Shown here piece by piece: positions 1-11,570 of a stretch of 64,000 nucleotides of DNA. Source of the stretch: Paramecium tetraurelia (lineage: Eukaryota); the NCBI GenBank assembly GCA_000165425.1, contig CT868038.1, positions 62,001 through 126,000 of the forward strand. The letters are read 5' to 3'. The number at the start of each line of letters is the position of its first letter. Positions within the stretch are counted from its first letter, which is position 1. Both the position numbers and the translations under genes were made by a program. The notes below the pieces were generated by a model that searched no databases, had not been told where the DNA came from, and saw only the letters and a program-made list of their open reading frames with translations.

Positions 1-497
1 TCCTTAATTTGGTATTTATTATAAAAGCATTATAATATCAGTTCGAATTACCAATTTGATTTTATGAAAATATAAAGGACTTTACTAAAATGTCATTTAT
101 ATGTTAAATCTTAGAATTCTAAATAGTATTACTATATGCTATATTGGTGTAATAAAAAAGGAGGATAAATGTATGTTCTTTAAAAAAATAAATATATTTT
201 AGTATTAATTTAAATATCTTCTTGATTTCATTTGTTATAATTCTTCAATTTTCATCATATAACTAATCTTTACTATATTTTAATATCTCACTATTCAAAA
301 TTAATTCTTCTAGTTGCCTATTCAAAATTCAGAATTTAAAGTATTTAATATGTCTAATTTTTATTAGATTTAACCATTCAAGTTAAAGGCACATAAATAG
401 GAAAAATAAAAAAAAGAAAAATACAAGACATCAGTGTTGGGATTTGTAATAAAATTATTAAGTAATAAAAGAATAGTTAAAAAATTAATAAAAAAAT

Positions 498-568
498 TGC
501 ACTGTACGAGACTCGAACTCGTGTCACAAGGATGGCAACCTTGTATACTACCCTTATACTAACAGTGC
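498..568 (-). tRNA. tRNA-Gly (anticodon GCC)
   Basis: Reverse complement is GCACTGTTAGTATAAGGGTAGTATACAAGGTTGCCATCCTTGTGACACGAGTTCGAGTCTCGTACAGTGCA. Acceptor stem GCACTGT/ACAGTGC, anticodon arm CAAGG-TTGCCAT-CCTTG, TTCGA T-loop, followed by a T-run (Pol III terminator). Confidence 0.95.
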
Positions 569-983
569 TTGATGCTGTTTCCAAGTCATCTAACTATAAA
601 AATAGGATTGATCATTTAGCATAAGTGATTTTATGTTAAACACTATATAATATTACAATGCTAAAGCAAAAATACTTAGGTTAAAAAATTGTTACTTAAG
701 ACAACTTCAGCCTTTATTTAATTTAGACAGATGATTGATATTTGATGAACTATGTAAATTTAAATGAAATCGCAATTGATTTCCTCAAAACAGATTAAAA
801 AGATTATAAATAGAAAAATGAAATACCAATCCTCTACCCTCCTAGTCTGATCAATGCTTGAGTGAAGCAATCGATGATAAAGATTTACACAATTGAGTAT
901 ATTAGAGTGTGTATTCTTTGATAAAATAATTTAAAATTGAATTTGTTTGAGTATTATAAATATTTAAAAATTGATATCTTAAA

Positions 984-1918
984 ATGACTGAGAATACCAC
1001 AGCAACAAATGTTAATTGGGCAGAAATCTCTGATGATGAAGATTAGGTTTAGCCTGTTGTTGAGAAGGCTCCAGATTAAGAAATTAAAGCAGAGACTCAA
1101 CCATCCGATTAGAATAAGGAGTTCAAGAAATAAGCTAAAAAGCCTTATCACAAAAATAATAAGCCAGAGTGGGTCAAGTTAAAGGAATTGCAAAAGAAAT
1201 AAGCAGAATAAATACAAAAAGAGTAATAAGCAGCATTAGAGGCAAGAAGAATTAAACCAAGCGTAATGATGCATTGATATTCTTAGAAAAACAATTTCTA
1301 GGGTTTGATGTATAATAGTGATGATGAAAGTGAATAATAGGAGTAGGAGGGATAAAAACCCTAAGAGGAAACTGTTACAGAACAATAATCAGAATAAAAG
1401 GCTGAGCAAAAACAAGAATAAGCAGACTAATATCAAAGTAATATTTGTTGTTAATATGAAGTATTGAAATAAAAACAATAGTAAGAGGAAAAATAATAAC
1501 CAAAAAAGAAAGAATAAAAAAAGAAAGAGACTGAAGATTTAGATGCAATATTAAATGAATTAGGATTTACTTAAAAAGGAGATAATAAGGAAGACGGTAA
1601 GGAAGAAGGAGCTTAAGAAAAGAAGAAGAAAAAGAAAAATAAAAATAAAGAATCAGCACCTGCAGAAAAGTAACCAGAACAACCTCAGTAGCAACAACAA
1701 TAGCAAGTCTAACCATAAACCGAATAAGGAAATAGCAACGACAAAGTGGATATCAAAAAGGTTCTAGCTGAAAAGGCTAAAAAACATCAAGCTGGTTCAC
1801 ATTAGGTCGATAAGGTATAACGGATGAAATATTCTAGGACCTAGAGAGAGTGAAACAGGAAATTGAAAAGAGGAACTAAAAGTCTAAAAAGAACAAGAAA
1901 TAAGATTTAGATCTATGA
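984..1918 (+). CDS. Charged low-complexity hypothetical protein
   Basis: Ciliate code: MTENTTATNVNWAEISDDED...EDLDAILNELG...KVDIKKVLAEKAKK...KKNKKQDLDL*. Tiny introns near 1263 and 1815. Confidence 0.7.
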
Positions 1919-1977
1919 AGGGGTTATTGACATATATACATTAAATATATATAATTGTTTAATTAACTTATATTGTA

Positions 1978-2430
1978 ATGCATTTAGAAAAGCATGCTAA
2001 AACACTTATATATTATTATAATAGTTCAGATGAGGACGAGGAAGATTATAATAAGAAAGCCTTATCATATAGAAATGATTTTAACGATATGGATGACTAA
2101 GTTCTAAGATTGAAATAAGAGAACTTAAACAATGTATTTAATATTTGAATATAGAAATAATCGATTACTGATTTATTAGAAGAATTAGAAATTCATTAAC
2201 AAAGGGTTGTATTATTACAGTAGTCATTAATGGATTAAAAGAAATTAGCTTAAGATTCTTAAGATCAACTGAGGAGAATCCAAGTGAAGAAATAGGAGGA
2301 TAAATTGTTGAAGGAATAGAAAAGATTTCAAGACAAATTTGCCTTGTAAACAAATACATCACTAGAGAAATTAAGATAGCATTTTGATTTTACACTACAA
2401 TAGCTTACACCAAAGCCTAATAACAGATGA
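1978..2430 (+). CDS. Small coiled-coil hypothetical protein
   Basis: MHLEKHAKTLIYYYNSSDEDEEDY... stays open to TGA at 2428 after one 22-nt intron (gtatttaatatttgaaatatag). Confidence 0.7.
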
Positions 2431-2455
2431 ATGTAGTTCTATTTAAATAATGATA

Positions 2456-4021
2456 TCATGACAATGAAAAATGATGTCTTCTTAAGTTATTTGCTTACTA
2501 TTAATTTAGAACATTTGGTTTTCCATCCAAATATCTGTGAATATCATGTGTTTATGATATTAAATCACCTCTATTTTGTCCTAAGGTAAAATGATGTGAT
2601 CTATCTCAATAACCTCTATTTATACCTCAAATTGGCACTTGCAAGGGGATCTAATTTATTAGGATATCCTTATTAATAATTGAGAGCTTCCATCTATTTA
2701 GTTGTCACATAAGTATTCTTGCCACTATGATCATTCAATCCAAAATGAGAGGATCTCAAATCTTTCAATTATTTATCTGTTAATTAAGCGGCTTATCCTA
2801 ATGGATTGTTGAAACTAGAAAATGCAATCAAATTTATAGAGATACTTGGATTGCATTTCTGATTTATATCTTATATTCTCATTGCCAATTTAGAAATTGG
2901 ACCCTCTGTCCATCTACTAATCACGAGCTTGAAAGCTGGATGATAGTTCAGGAGGTTTCATTGTACTTGTATACAAGGATTAAGTCTTGTGATTCATAAA
3001 TCTAGGATCTCCTATTGTAAAATGACTTCCTGATAATGCAACTGTATTATTTGGAAATTTGACATGATTTTCTGAGTAAGGTCTATAATGAGACTTAGTT
3101 TCAGATGAGTAAGGTTGATTGTCTTTCCCTAAGGTGAAATGCGTGGCTAATATGATATTCATAAATCGGTTACCCCTCAAATTTTATCTATTCTCTTCAG
3201 CAAACGGATTTGAAGTTACTTGGTATCTCTAATAATATTCTTAATTGATAGTTTGGTATTCAGGAAGTGCTGTTCCTAAATTGAAATTCTTTGTTTGGAA
3301 GGCTGATTAATAAGAAGGCTACAGTCCTCCTTCTTTCTTGTTGTGATATTCTTGTGAAGCAGTAATCATAGGAAGTTACTAATTAGTTTGATATAGAACT
3401 ATTACCTCTTAGCCAAGAAATATGTTTGAAACTCTAAGTTATCTTGCTCTCTCTGTGACATCTTGTTTTGGTTCTAATTATTGAGGCTAGTATTGCTCAT
3501 AGTAATTGGACTACATCATTTTATGAGTGGTTTCTGCAAAGTTATGATGATGAGATCTCATTTTTGTCTTTTGAACTAACGATGATAGATTGAGAGAGTA
3601 CTTTCTTATTCATTTTATAAACCTGGCTGCAATGGTTTTTCATTATAGGTTGCCTTGGTGACAGAGACTTATTGAGCATCTTGATGGCCAAGAACAAAAT
3701 GGTTGGTTCTTAAATCATTTTTTTTTTCTTAATTTAATGTAGCAGGTACTCCAATTTGTTTTCCCTAAAAATCAGTTTTGAAGGTTGTTCTATATAATGC
3801 TGTCATGTTGTTTGACATAAAAATTACGTTTGGATTCTCCTAATTGAAAATGAACTCCCTTCAGATTTAATTTGTCTCCTGTCCCACTTGGATTATTCAC
3901 TTAATCTCCTTGATAATTCATTTTCATTATTGATGTGAATTGATTCTCTAAGGAAAATCTATAAACGTTTACTTTGATCCGTCTGTCCTAATTAGAAATG
4001 GCTACCCCTCAACTGTTGCAT
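2456..4021 (-). CDS. Repeat protein with [S/T/H]HFxLG motifs, possible SAXO5/TEX45-like microtubule inner protein
   Basis: Starts MQQLRGSHFQLGQ; recurring VHFQLGE, NHFVLGH, THFTLGK, SHFTIGD, SNFQIGN, SHFGLND, HHFTLGQ; ends RRHHFSLS*. Family assignment is inference. Confidence 0.65.
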
Positions 4022-4200
4022 TTAAATAATTTATAAAATTCATTTATTTTTGAAATCCTTTTTACATGAGCCACTATTTTGAGATATTTTATTAATTTAA
4101 ATAAAGAAAATGAGAATTTCAATAAACTAATTATTTTTATAAATTATATGAAATAGTAATTCTAGTTATTCTTAATTGTGTTAATCAAACAAATTAAAAC

Positions 4201-4497
4201 TCATTGCTTTATTGGATCATTCATGCTGTGTTGAGGTTAGGCCTTAAATCGATATCTTCCATTTGGCATTAATTTTCCAGAAATCAAATGATTCTCTAAG
4301 AATTCTCGAGCCTCCTCCCCAAAAAAAATGTGATTCTGTATTTTGATTTAATCAGTCTCATTTGCATTTTCTTTGATTTTATTGCGACATTCAATCCTCA
4401 CTCGATGGAACATCTCTGGATCCCCATTAAACGTTTTCATCATAGTTTTGAGCATCCTTCTATAAAAAAGCTAAGTCCCTTTATAAATATTACTCAT
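4201..4497 (-). CDS. LYRM7: LYR-motif protein, Mzm1/LYRM7-like complex III assembly factor
   Basis: 98 aa, intronless: MSNIYKGTQLFYRRMLKTMMKTFNGDPEMFHRVRIECRNKIKENANETDQIKIQNHIFFGEEAREFLENHLISG. LYR-like FYR plus the F.GD / E.. / GE pattern of LYRM7. Confidence 0.75.
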
Positions 4498-4515
4498 TAA
4501 ATATATTAAAGAATA

Positions 4516-5563
4516 ATGAAAAAAAACAAAAACTAGTAAAAATATGAAAAACAGTAGTAAATTAAGAAGGACAAGCAACAACAAAGACAAACAAAGAAGC
4601 AACTAAAAAAACAGAGAGGATAAGCTCGTTCACTTAAAGGTATCATAAATAAAAGATAATCGCTTAGGATATGCCAAACACTTTTAAGAGTTTTAAGATG
4701 AAATGAATCAATTGGGACTCTAAATCAGAGATGTGGAGGGAGATGGAAATTGTCTTTTTAGATCGATAGCAGACGTACTCCACGGAGATGAAAAATATCA
4801 CAAATAATTACGAAGATTAGCAGTTTAAACAATGCAAGAGAATTAAGAATTCTTTGGACTCTTCATTGAGGATGACATGACCTTCGATTAATACTTGAAA
4901 GAGATGTCATCTGATGGAGAATGGGGAGGTAATTTGGAATTGCAAGCCTTGTCTTAAGCTTTGGATGTGAATTTTTTCATTCATATGAAAGGAAGACCAT
5001 GCATGATTATCAAGTCAATGACTGATGAAAGACCATTGAATGAGGTAAAGTCTTGATCATAGAAATTTTAGAAAGACGCTCTTCATTTAGCATATCATCT
5101 AATAGAAAATGTTGCTGAGCATTACAGTTCTGTAAGAATGTTAGGAGATGACAGTAATACAAGAGCAGAACCAATCCCACTGGATATATTTGAAGGATTA
5201 TTGGATACTTTTTAATAAGCTCCTTTGGGAAATGAGGATAACTTTGATTAATTCGATGATTTAGAGTAAATTGAGGATCCTGAAGAAAGAGAATATTTGT
5301 AGACCCTAAGAGAATAGGAAGAAGCTGAAAAGGCAGCAAAAGAGGCTATGAAATAAGCAGAGCTCCAAAAATATTAACTAAAGTAAAAAAAGAATAAAAA
5401 ATGCAATTGTGGCTCAAATAAAACCTATAAGGACTGTTGTATGAATGTCGATATTGAGAAGTAAAAATGGCCAAAGCAGCAACAATAATAATAATAGCAA
5501 TAACAATAACAATAATAATCCTAGTCAGATGCACCAATGAAAAAATAAGCTGTCTTTATATGA
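4516..5563 (+). CDS. OTU-domain deubiquitinase (OTUD3/OTU7-like) with C-terminal SEC-C motif
   Basis: Cys box DVEGDGNCLFRSIAD, WGGNLELQALS, His box EHYSSVR, C-terminal KNKKCNCGSNKTYKDCC; two tiny introns. Confidence 0.9.
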
Positions 5564-5587
5564 TAATTATATATATTCATACTATTT

Positions 5588-5923
5588 ATGAATTATTATA
5601 AAAAAAAGTTAGCCGTATAACATGATGAACATTTATCGCTACCTTAAATTTATGATTACAGATCATTAAGTTTAAATAAGGAAATTACATGCTCGACTGA
5701 GGATAATTGCAAAAAGTACTTTTCTTTTATATATTCAAATCAAATACCTTCAGATAGATATTAAAAGAAACCTTAGCATATGAGAAATATCGAAAGAAAA
5801 AACCAGATGCTGAAATTACAGTTAAAAAGGGTATCTGAGTAAATAAAGAAGGTTTCGCCACGTCGGTTATAGTATGAAACTTTAGAGGAGATATATTTTA
5901 TCAGATACAAAAAAATAACATGA
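5588..5923 (+). CDS. Small hypothetical protein (111 aa)
   Basis: ATG 5588 to TGA 5921 with no internal TGA: MNYYKKKLAVQHDEHLSLPQIYDYRSL...RYKKIT*. Confidence 0.55.
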
Positions 5924-5950
5924 TCCATATTATTTTTTCTTATAATTTAT

Positions 5951-6960
5951 TCACTTCTTCTTCTTACTCTTCTTCTTCTTCTTTGGCTTCCTTTTCTTCG
6001 TGAGTGATTTTAATTTATCAGTCAAAGGCTTGGATATTTAATCTGAAATTTCAATGAAGAATATAGATTTGTTTTTTTCGATTAATGGGATTATTCTAGT
6101 GGCATCTAGTGATATATATGTATATACCCTAATCACTGAGTAAATTGAATTTGAGATCATAATATCCAAGTGTTTTATTTAATTCAAAAGTAGAGAGGAT
6201 TTTATTTATCAAGGTTGGATCACTTGGATCTGAATGGAATTGATTATCGGCTAACTTAATTCTCTCTAGAGTATTATTAATTTCCAATGCTCTAAATAAC
6301 TCATATGCTCCTTCATTTTTAAGACGATTTCCGCACAACTTTAATTTATACAACTTGCTATTAACATTGGCCAATATATCCTAAAGGTATTTGGCCCCAT
6401 CAGCCTCTATACCACAATAATTCAATGCCAAGCTCTCCAAAGTATTATTCATGGCTAACCCTTTAGTTAGCTCAGCCAAACCTTCTGAACCTATCTGATT
6501 GTGATCCAATTTCAGTTTTACTAATTTGCTTTCACACTTAGGATGCAGAATGTCTGCTAAGAATTTACACCCTATAATAGTAACGGCTAATACCTAATAC
6601 CCCGATTTAGTTATCTAAGAGATCTAAAACTTCGAGTAATCTAACTTTATCAATATATAAGCATATTGTTCTGACTCCTTCATCCTGACATTTCACTCTC
6701 CATAACCTCAATTATTTCAGATGTTTATAGCCTATTTCAGTAAATGACTCCATCATTGCTCTAACCCCGACAGGTCCCATCTCTTCCCAAAGTTTTACAT
6801 TTTATAAATGTTCCCCTTCCGAGCACACAGCTTCCAACCTTTCTTTGAAAATTTTGCATAGAGGAACTCCATTAATTTCGCTTCGCTTCCGATATAATTT
6901 ATTTAATTGTTCTGTTGAGAAATCTTCTACTTGATCTCCCTTTTTCTTTTTATCTCCCAT
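5951..6960 (-). CDS. RNI-like leucine-rich repeat protein
   Basis: MGDKKKKGDQ...LEVLDLLDNQIG...LKLDHNQIGSEG...LALNYCGIEADG...LKLCGNRLKNEG; Lys-rich C-terminus. Confidence 0.85.
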
Positions 6961-7477
6961 TTAAAATAAATATAATTATAATTTTCTTTAGCCTTTTAAG
7001 ACTATTTCTGCAATGAAGAACATAGTACATTTAAAGAACCATAAGAATTACATTCCACTACATTAGAAAATAATAGGTGAAGCATTGAAAATCAGTTTAA
7101 CTATTAGACATTGAGACTAACATTTTATATTACAATCTCTATAGCGTGTTCATTGGAATTTCTTTCATATGCTGTTAATTTGTAATAGACATTAATGAAA
7201 CTGAATATGGAGTCTCTAAAATAATTAAAGAGAATAAAACCTTAAATAGAGAAAACTTCTTAGTTTTATTTTGATTAATATTTGATTAATAATATTATAT
7301 ATTTAAAAGATTTAATAAAAACATATTTGCAATTTGTTTCTCAGTTATATATTAGTCAAGAGGAGTTATAAAGTTGTGTAATAGTAGATGTTCGAATGAA
7401 GTGATTCAGAAGTAATGGATTTTATAATGAAATTTATGCAATTCATAACGTGATTTTAAAATTAGTTAAAATAAATA

Positions 7478-8991
7478 ATGGAAATTAAGTATAAGTGGAT
7501 ATTTTCTCTAATCCTTAGCACAAATGTCCTTATAAACTTAGACCACGGTATCATTCCTGCAGGTAATTTCCATGTTAATATAATTTTCTTAGCAACTCAA
7601 TAGATAGAGGCGTCTCTGGACTTGAGTGCTGAAGAATTAGGATACTTGGGATCACTAGTTTACGCCGGTATATCGTTGGTTGGGTTATTTGGAGGGAAAC
7701 TTTTTATACATTTTAATGCCAAGATGATAATCTCAATTAGTTACATTGGAATGTTGGGTTCTTTACTAATGTTTCCTCAACATTACAAGAGCAGTTGGTT
7801 GTTTTATTTGAGTAGATTCTTAACAGGTTGTGCTTAGGTAAGAAAGGGTGATATATCGATTAGGCCCCTATGATGATTTATTTTCCAGTGTGGGTGGACA
7901 ACTTTGGTGAAGAATCAAAGACCATTTGGTTGACAATATTGTAAGGAGTGATTCCTTTGGGAATATTTGTTGGGTATGTGTTGTCAAGTGTGATTTCGAA
8001 TATATGGAGTTGGCAATTGGCATTCTATGCTTAAGTGGTATTGTTACTTCCATGTGCAATATTTTTTATGTTGTTTGTAAGAACAAAGGATTTCGAAATA
8101 AAGAGAGCCAAAAGGAGCAAGGTAGACAAAAATTCAGTGAACCCAGAGGACTTGGGAGCTTCAATTTTGAGTATGGCCTCTCATAAGTCATATTGGCAGA
8201 TGATGAAAGAATTATATTCGATAAGGTTATGGTTGTGTTGCACAATAGTGATCAGCATATTGTACTTCATAGTAACAGGGATACAATTTTGGATGACTGA
8301 TTATATGATAATAGAGATGCATTAAAATTAGAAAACTGTTAATATAGTTTTTGCAGTAGTTTCAATAACAGGGCCAGTTTTTGGTTGTATTACAGGAGGA
8401 TTGATAGCTTAGAAATTAGGAGGTTATGAAAGAACCAAGTCACTTTACATTTGTGTAGTTTACTGTTTTATTTGCTGTTTGAGTGCTACTCCAGTTCCAT
8501 TCACAGAGACATTCTGGTTCGGAGCATTATGTGTTTGGTTCCTATTGTTTTTCGGGGGAGCAATTGTTCCTCCTTTGATGGGAATCATGCTTTCATCTGT
8601 TCCTAAACACTTGAAGGCCTTTGCGAATTCAAATACTACGATGTTTTAGAATTTGTTTGGCTTTTTACCAGCACCTTCGATTTATGGATTTCTCATGGAA
8701 AGATATAATGCAAAGGTGGCTGTCATCACTTTGATGTACTACTCTTTTGCTGGATTGCTGTTTATGTTGATTGCAGTCTATTTCAAGAAATAGGAAATTA
8801 AAAACAGAAAGAAAAACACCCCTACTACAATTATAAATAGAACAGAATCAGTACTTGAGGATTAAGAGAATTTCAATATTACAGATAGGGTTCTTCAATA
8901 TGGTGATATGCCTTTGAGTGTGTCCTTGGCTCAACATATTGATGATCAAATACCAAATTACGAATATGAAGGCAATAAAGAATAAGAATGA
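7478..8991 (+). CDS. MFS transporter (Spinster-like)
   Basis: NVLINLDHGIIPA, LSRFLTGCAQ, YFPVWVDNFG, VTGIQFWMTDY and many hydrophobic helices; tiny introns at 7563 and 7838. Confidence 0.9.
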
Positions 8992-9075
8992 GAATTGTCA
9001 TACATAAAGTTTGAATACCATATCTCATATATATTACATTATTGATTTAATATATTTTTTATTCAATTTATTAAA

Positions 9076-9656
9076 ATGTCTGCAGACAGTCCACAAGTTT
9101 TCATAGTTGGCAAAATAGCTGGGGCCACCAATTTTAATCATTCTTCTCTCTATGTCAAATATTTCTTCAGAGCTGGAGATCACTGGAAGAAGATATCAGG
9201 ATAGGAAGAAGGGGAAACATTTTAATCATCCTCATAGAATTCAAAATTTATACCTCTTGAGCATCCAATTGATTTGAATTATGTGACCAAATCAGTGAGA
9301 GGATGGCCAAAATTACTTGTGGAAGTCTGGGAAGTTGATGATCATGGCAGGAATTCTCTTGGCGGTTATGGTCTCACTTCTCTTCCCATTGAACCTGGAG
9401 AATATTAATTTGATATTCGTAATCAATTTATATTTATCCATCATTAGCCTGTTGGAGACCAGAAGCTAGTTTCTTCGACAAACTCATTGGTGCTTATCCT
9501 GAATTGGTTCATAGAGATTTATTATTTTCTGGGGAAAGCAGATTTGGTTTTAAAGTTGAATCAACTGGAAACATTCATATTGAATTGGCTATAATAACTA
9601 AAGACTTCCATCTTCATGGAGTCCAAATTTCTAATAGAAATTATTTGAATTAATGA
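9076..9656 (+). CDS. B9D2: B9 domain protein 2 (ciliary transition zone)
   Basis: PQVFIVGKIAGATNF...WKKISGQEEGETF...HPIDLNYVTKSVRGWPKLLVEVW..DDHGRNSLGGYG...CWRP. Confidence 0.9.
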
Positions 9657-9679
9657 TTGATATTTATATATATATATAT

Positions 9680-11535
9680 TCATCTTTTCACTCCAATACC
9701 TTACTCAAATTATAATAAGCAATTTTTAAATTCCTCTCCTATCCCAAAATTGACTAAAATACCTAATCATCCTTTAACTTTTATTCATCCCCTTCCTTCT
9801 TTCTTGCTTCTAAATAATCTATCGATGATTGTAGATCCTTTTCGTATTTCTTTAACAAAGGTTTCCACTTCTAATCAAATATCTTTTTTAAATCAGCCTT
9901 TTTCAAAATCTATTATAGTAGTTATACAAATAATTACCAACTATTAAATTAAAAGCGTGGCTGAATCAAATAATAACACTTTAGCATCTATGTTCCCTAT
10001 CTCCTTTCTGTAAATTGCTTGTATGAGAATATCATAGATTTTCAATAATATTTGGTTGTCTAACTTTGTAATGGCACTCCTAAAATGATTTACTAGATGT
10101 GAAAGCAAAACATAATTTTGAGATTTATTAATGCATTATTCTAGTATCCTTGTCCAAACTTCAGGCAAAAAAGAACTTTAAGCTTATTTCCAGGCAGAAA
10201 GGTAAGGTGTTTCATCAGCCAACCCTGATCCTGCCTTCTCCATTATTAACATAATAATGATATCAAAGGGAGTTGTAAAATGATTAGCTGCCCTCAATTT
10301 AATTGAAACATCTCTTAAATTCAAGTACTTCACTATCAAATCAATTAATTTGGTCTGTATATCACATTTCAAAGCTGATAGTTTCTTTTGTTCATACAGC
10401 ACTCCTATCAGAATCTTTAACTTGTAATCCACAGTCAATATTGACTCTAAACTAGTAGTAGTCAACAATTCTCTGGTTAAATAACAAACAAATGCAGGAT
10501 TGTATGTTTATTCACTTGAATAATGTTAATATTATTGTGGCAATTCTTAATCAAATTAAATGCTAAACCTGATCCAATTTATATAGTTCTCTATTATCTC
10601 TAATTTGTTGTCATGAATCTCGTAGATCATTTGATTGGCTTGTTTGAGTAGTGTCTATATTATCTCTGGATCCAATTGGGAGTCCTTCATAGATTACTCA
10701 GATTCCAAGATTCCCTAGATAAGATCTGATAGGAATAACAAAATGTAGTGTTTCACGATTAACTTTGGATCTTCAGGTTTTCTGCTTAATTAATTATCAA
10801 AGTAATCGTATTTGGTATCGATACCATATAATTCTCGTATGGCTACAGATTAAGCTTTGATTTCAGGGAACTTCTTAATTGAATCGAATATTCTTTTGAA
10901 GAATGAGACAGTCCAATTTTGAAAATTGCTCATGTACAATTTAGTGAACTTATTGTCTTCGTTCAAATCGTTCTGAATTTGCTATTATTTATATTTCAAG
11001 AATTTCTGTAATCCTTCATTGATTACCATTAGTATAACAGGAAAAATAACTGCTAAATGAATTTCTCTTTTCTCTATTTTTGGAAGTATTTATACAAATA
11101 TTTCTAGAAGTACAAACTTCTTTTCAACTGTTTTTTATTACCGTAATATACTAATAATTATCTATAGTAATTTTACTCGTTTAAAAAGATAATGAGGACT
11201 TTATGATTTTCAGAATGGTATACTCGTTTAATGATGTATAATCCTAATAAATTTGCATCTGCATTATCCTTTTGATATAGGATCTTATCCCAACTCAACT
11301 AATACAAAAGCTCATAGACTCCTCGATTTGATAAATAGAGGGCGAATTTAATGAATAATTCAACATTAGAATTGAAACATGAATCATCGATTTTATCTAT
11401 TTATTAATTTACTTAAAGAATTTGTTCTAAAGACAATGTGCTTTTCTTTTATATTTTTGTGGTTAGAGTCTACAACTATTCTACAAATTGCACTTCTGTA
11501 ATTTCCTTCTTGTTGAATTACTCGAAAAACTCCAT
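9680..11535 (-). CDS. Helical hypothetical protein
   Basis: MEFFEQFNKKEITEVQF... long ciliate-code frame with tiny introns; includes track ORF 10184-10468; ends ...GVKR*. Confidence 0.6.
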
Positions 11536-11570
11536 TAATTTATTATAATTAAAACAAATTTATCAAATAG

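Noticed and set aside
1916..1930. Possible TGA read-through (DLDL*RGY*)
   Set aside because: Only three extra codons follow, with no SECIS or conservation evidence.
5620..5702. Possible C/D box snoRNA (ATGATGA...CTGA with a 10-nt LSU rRNA-complementary GCTACCTTAA)
   Set aside because: It lies inside an uninterrupted 111-codon ORF, and the guide is not properly positioned relative to a D/D' box.
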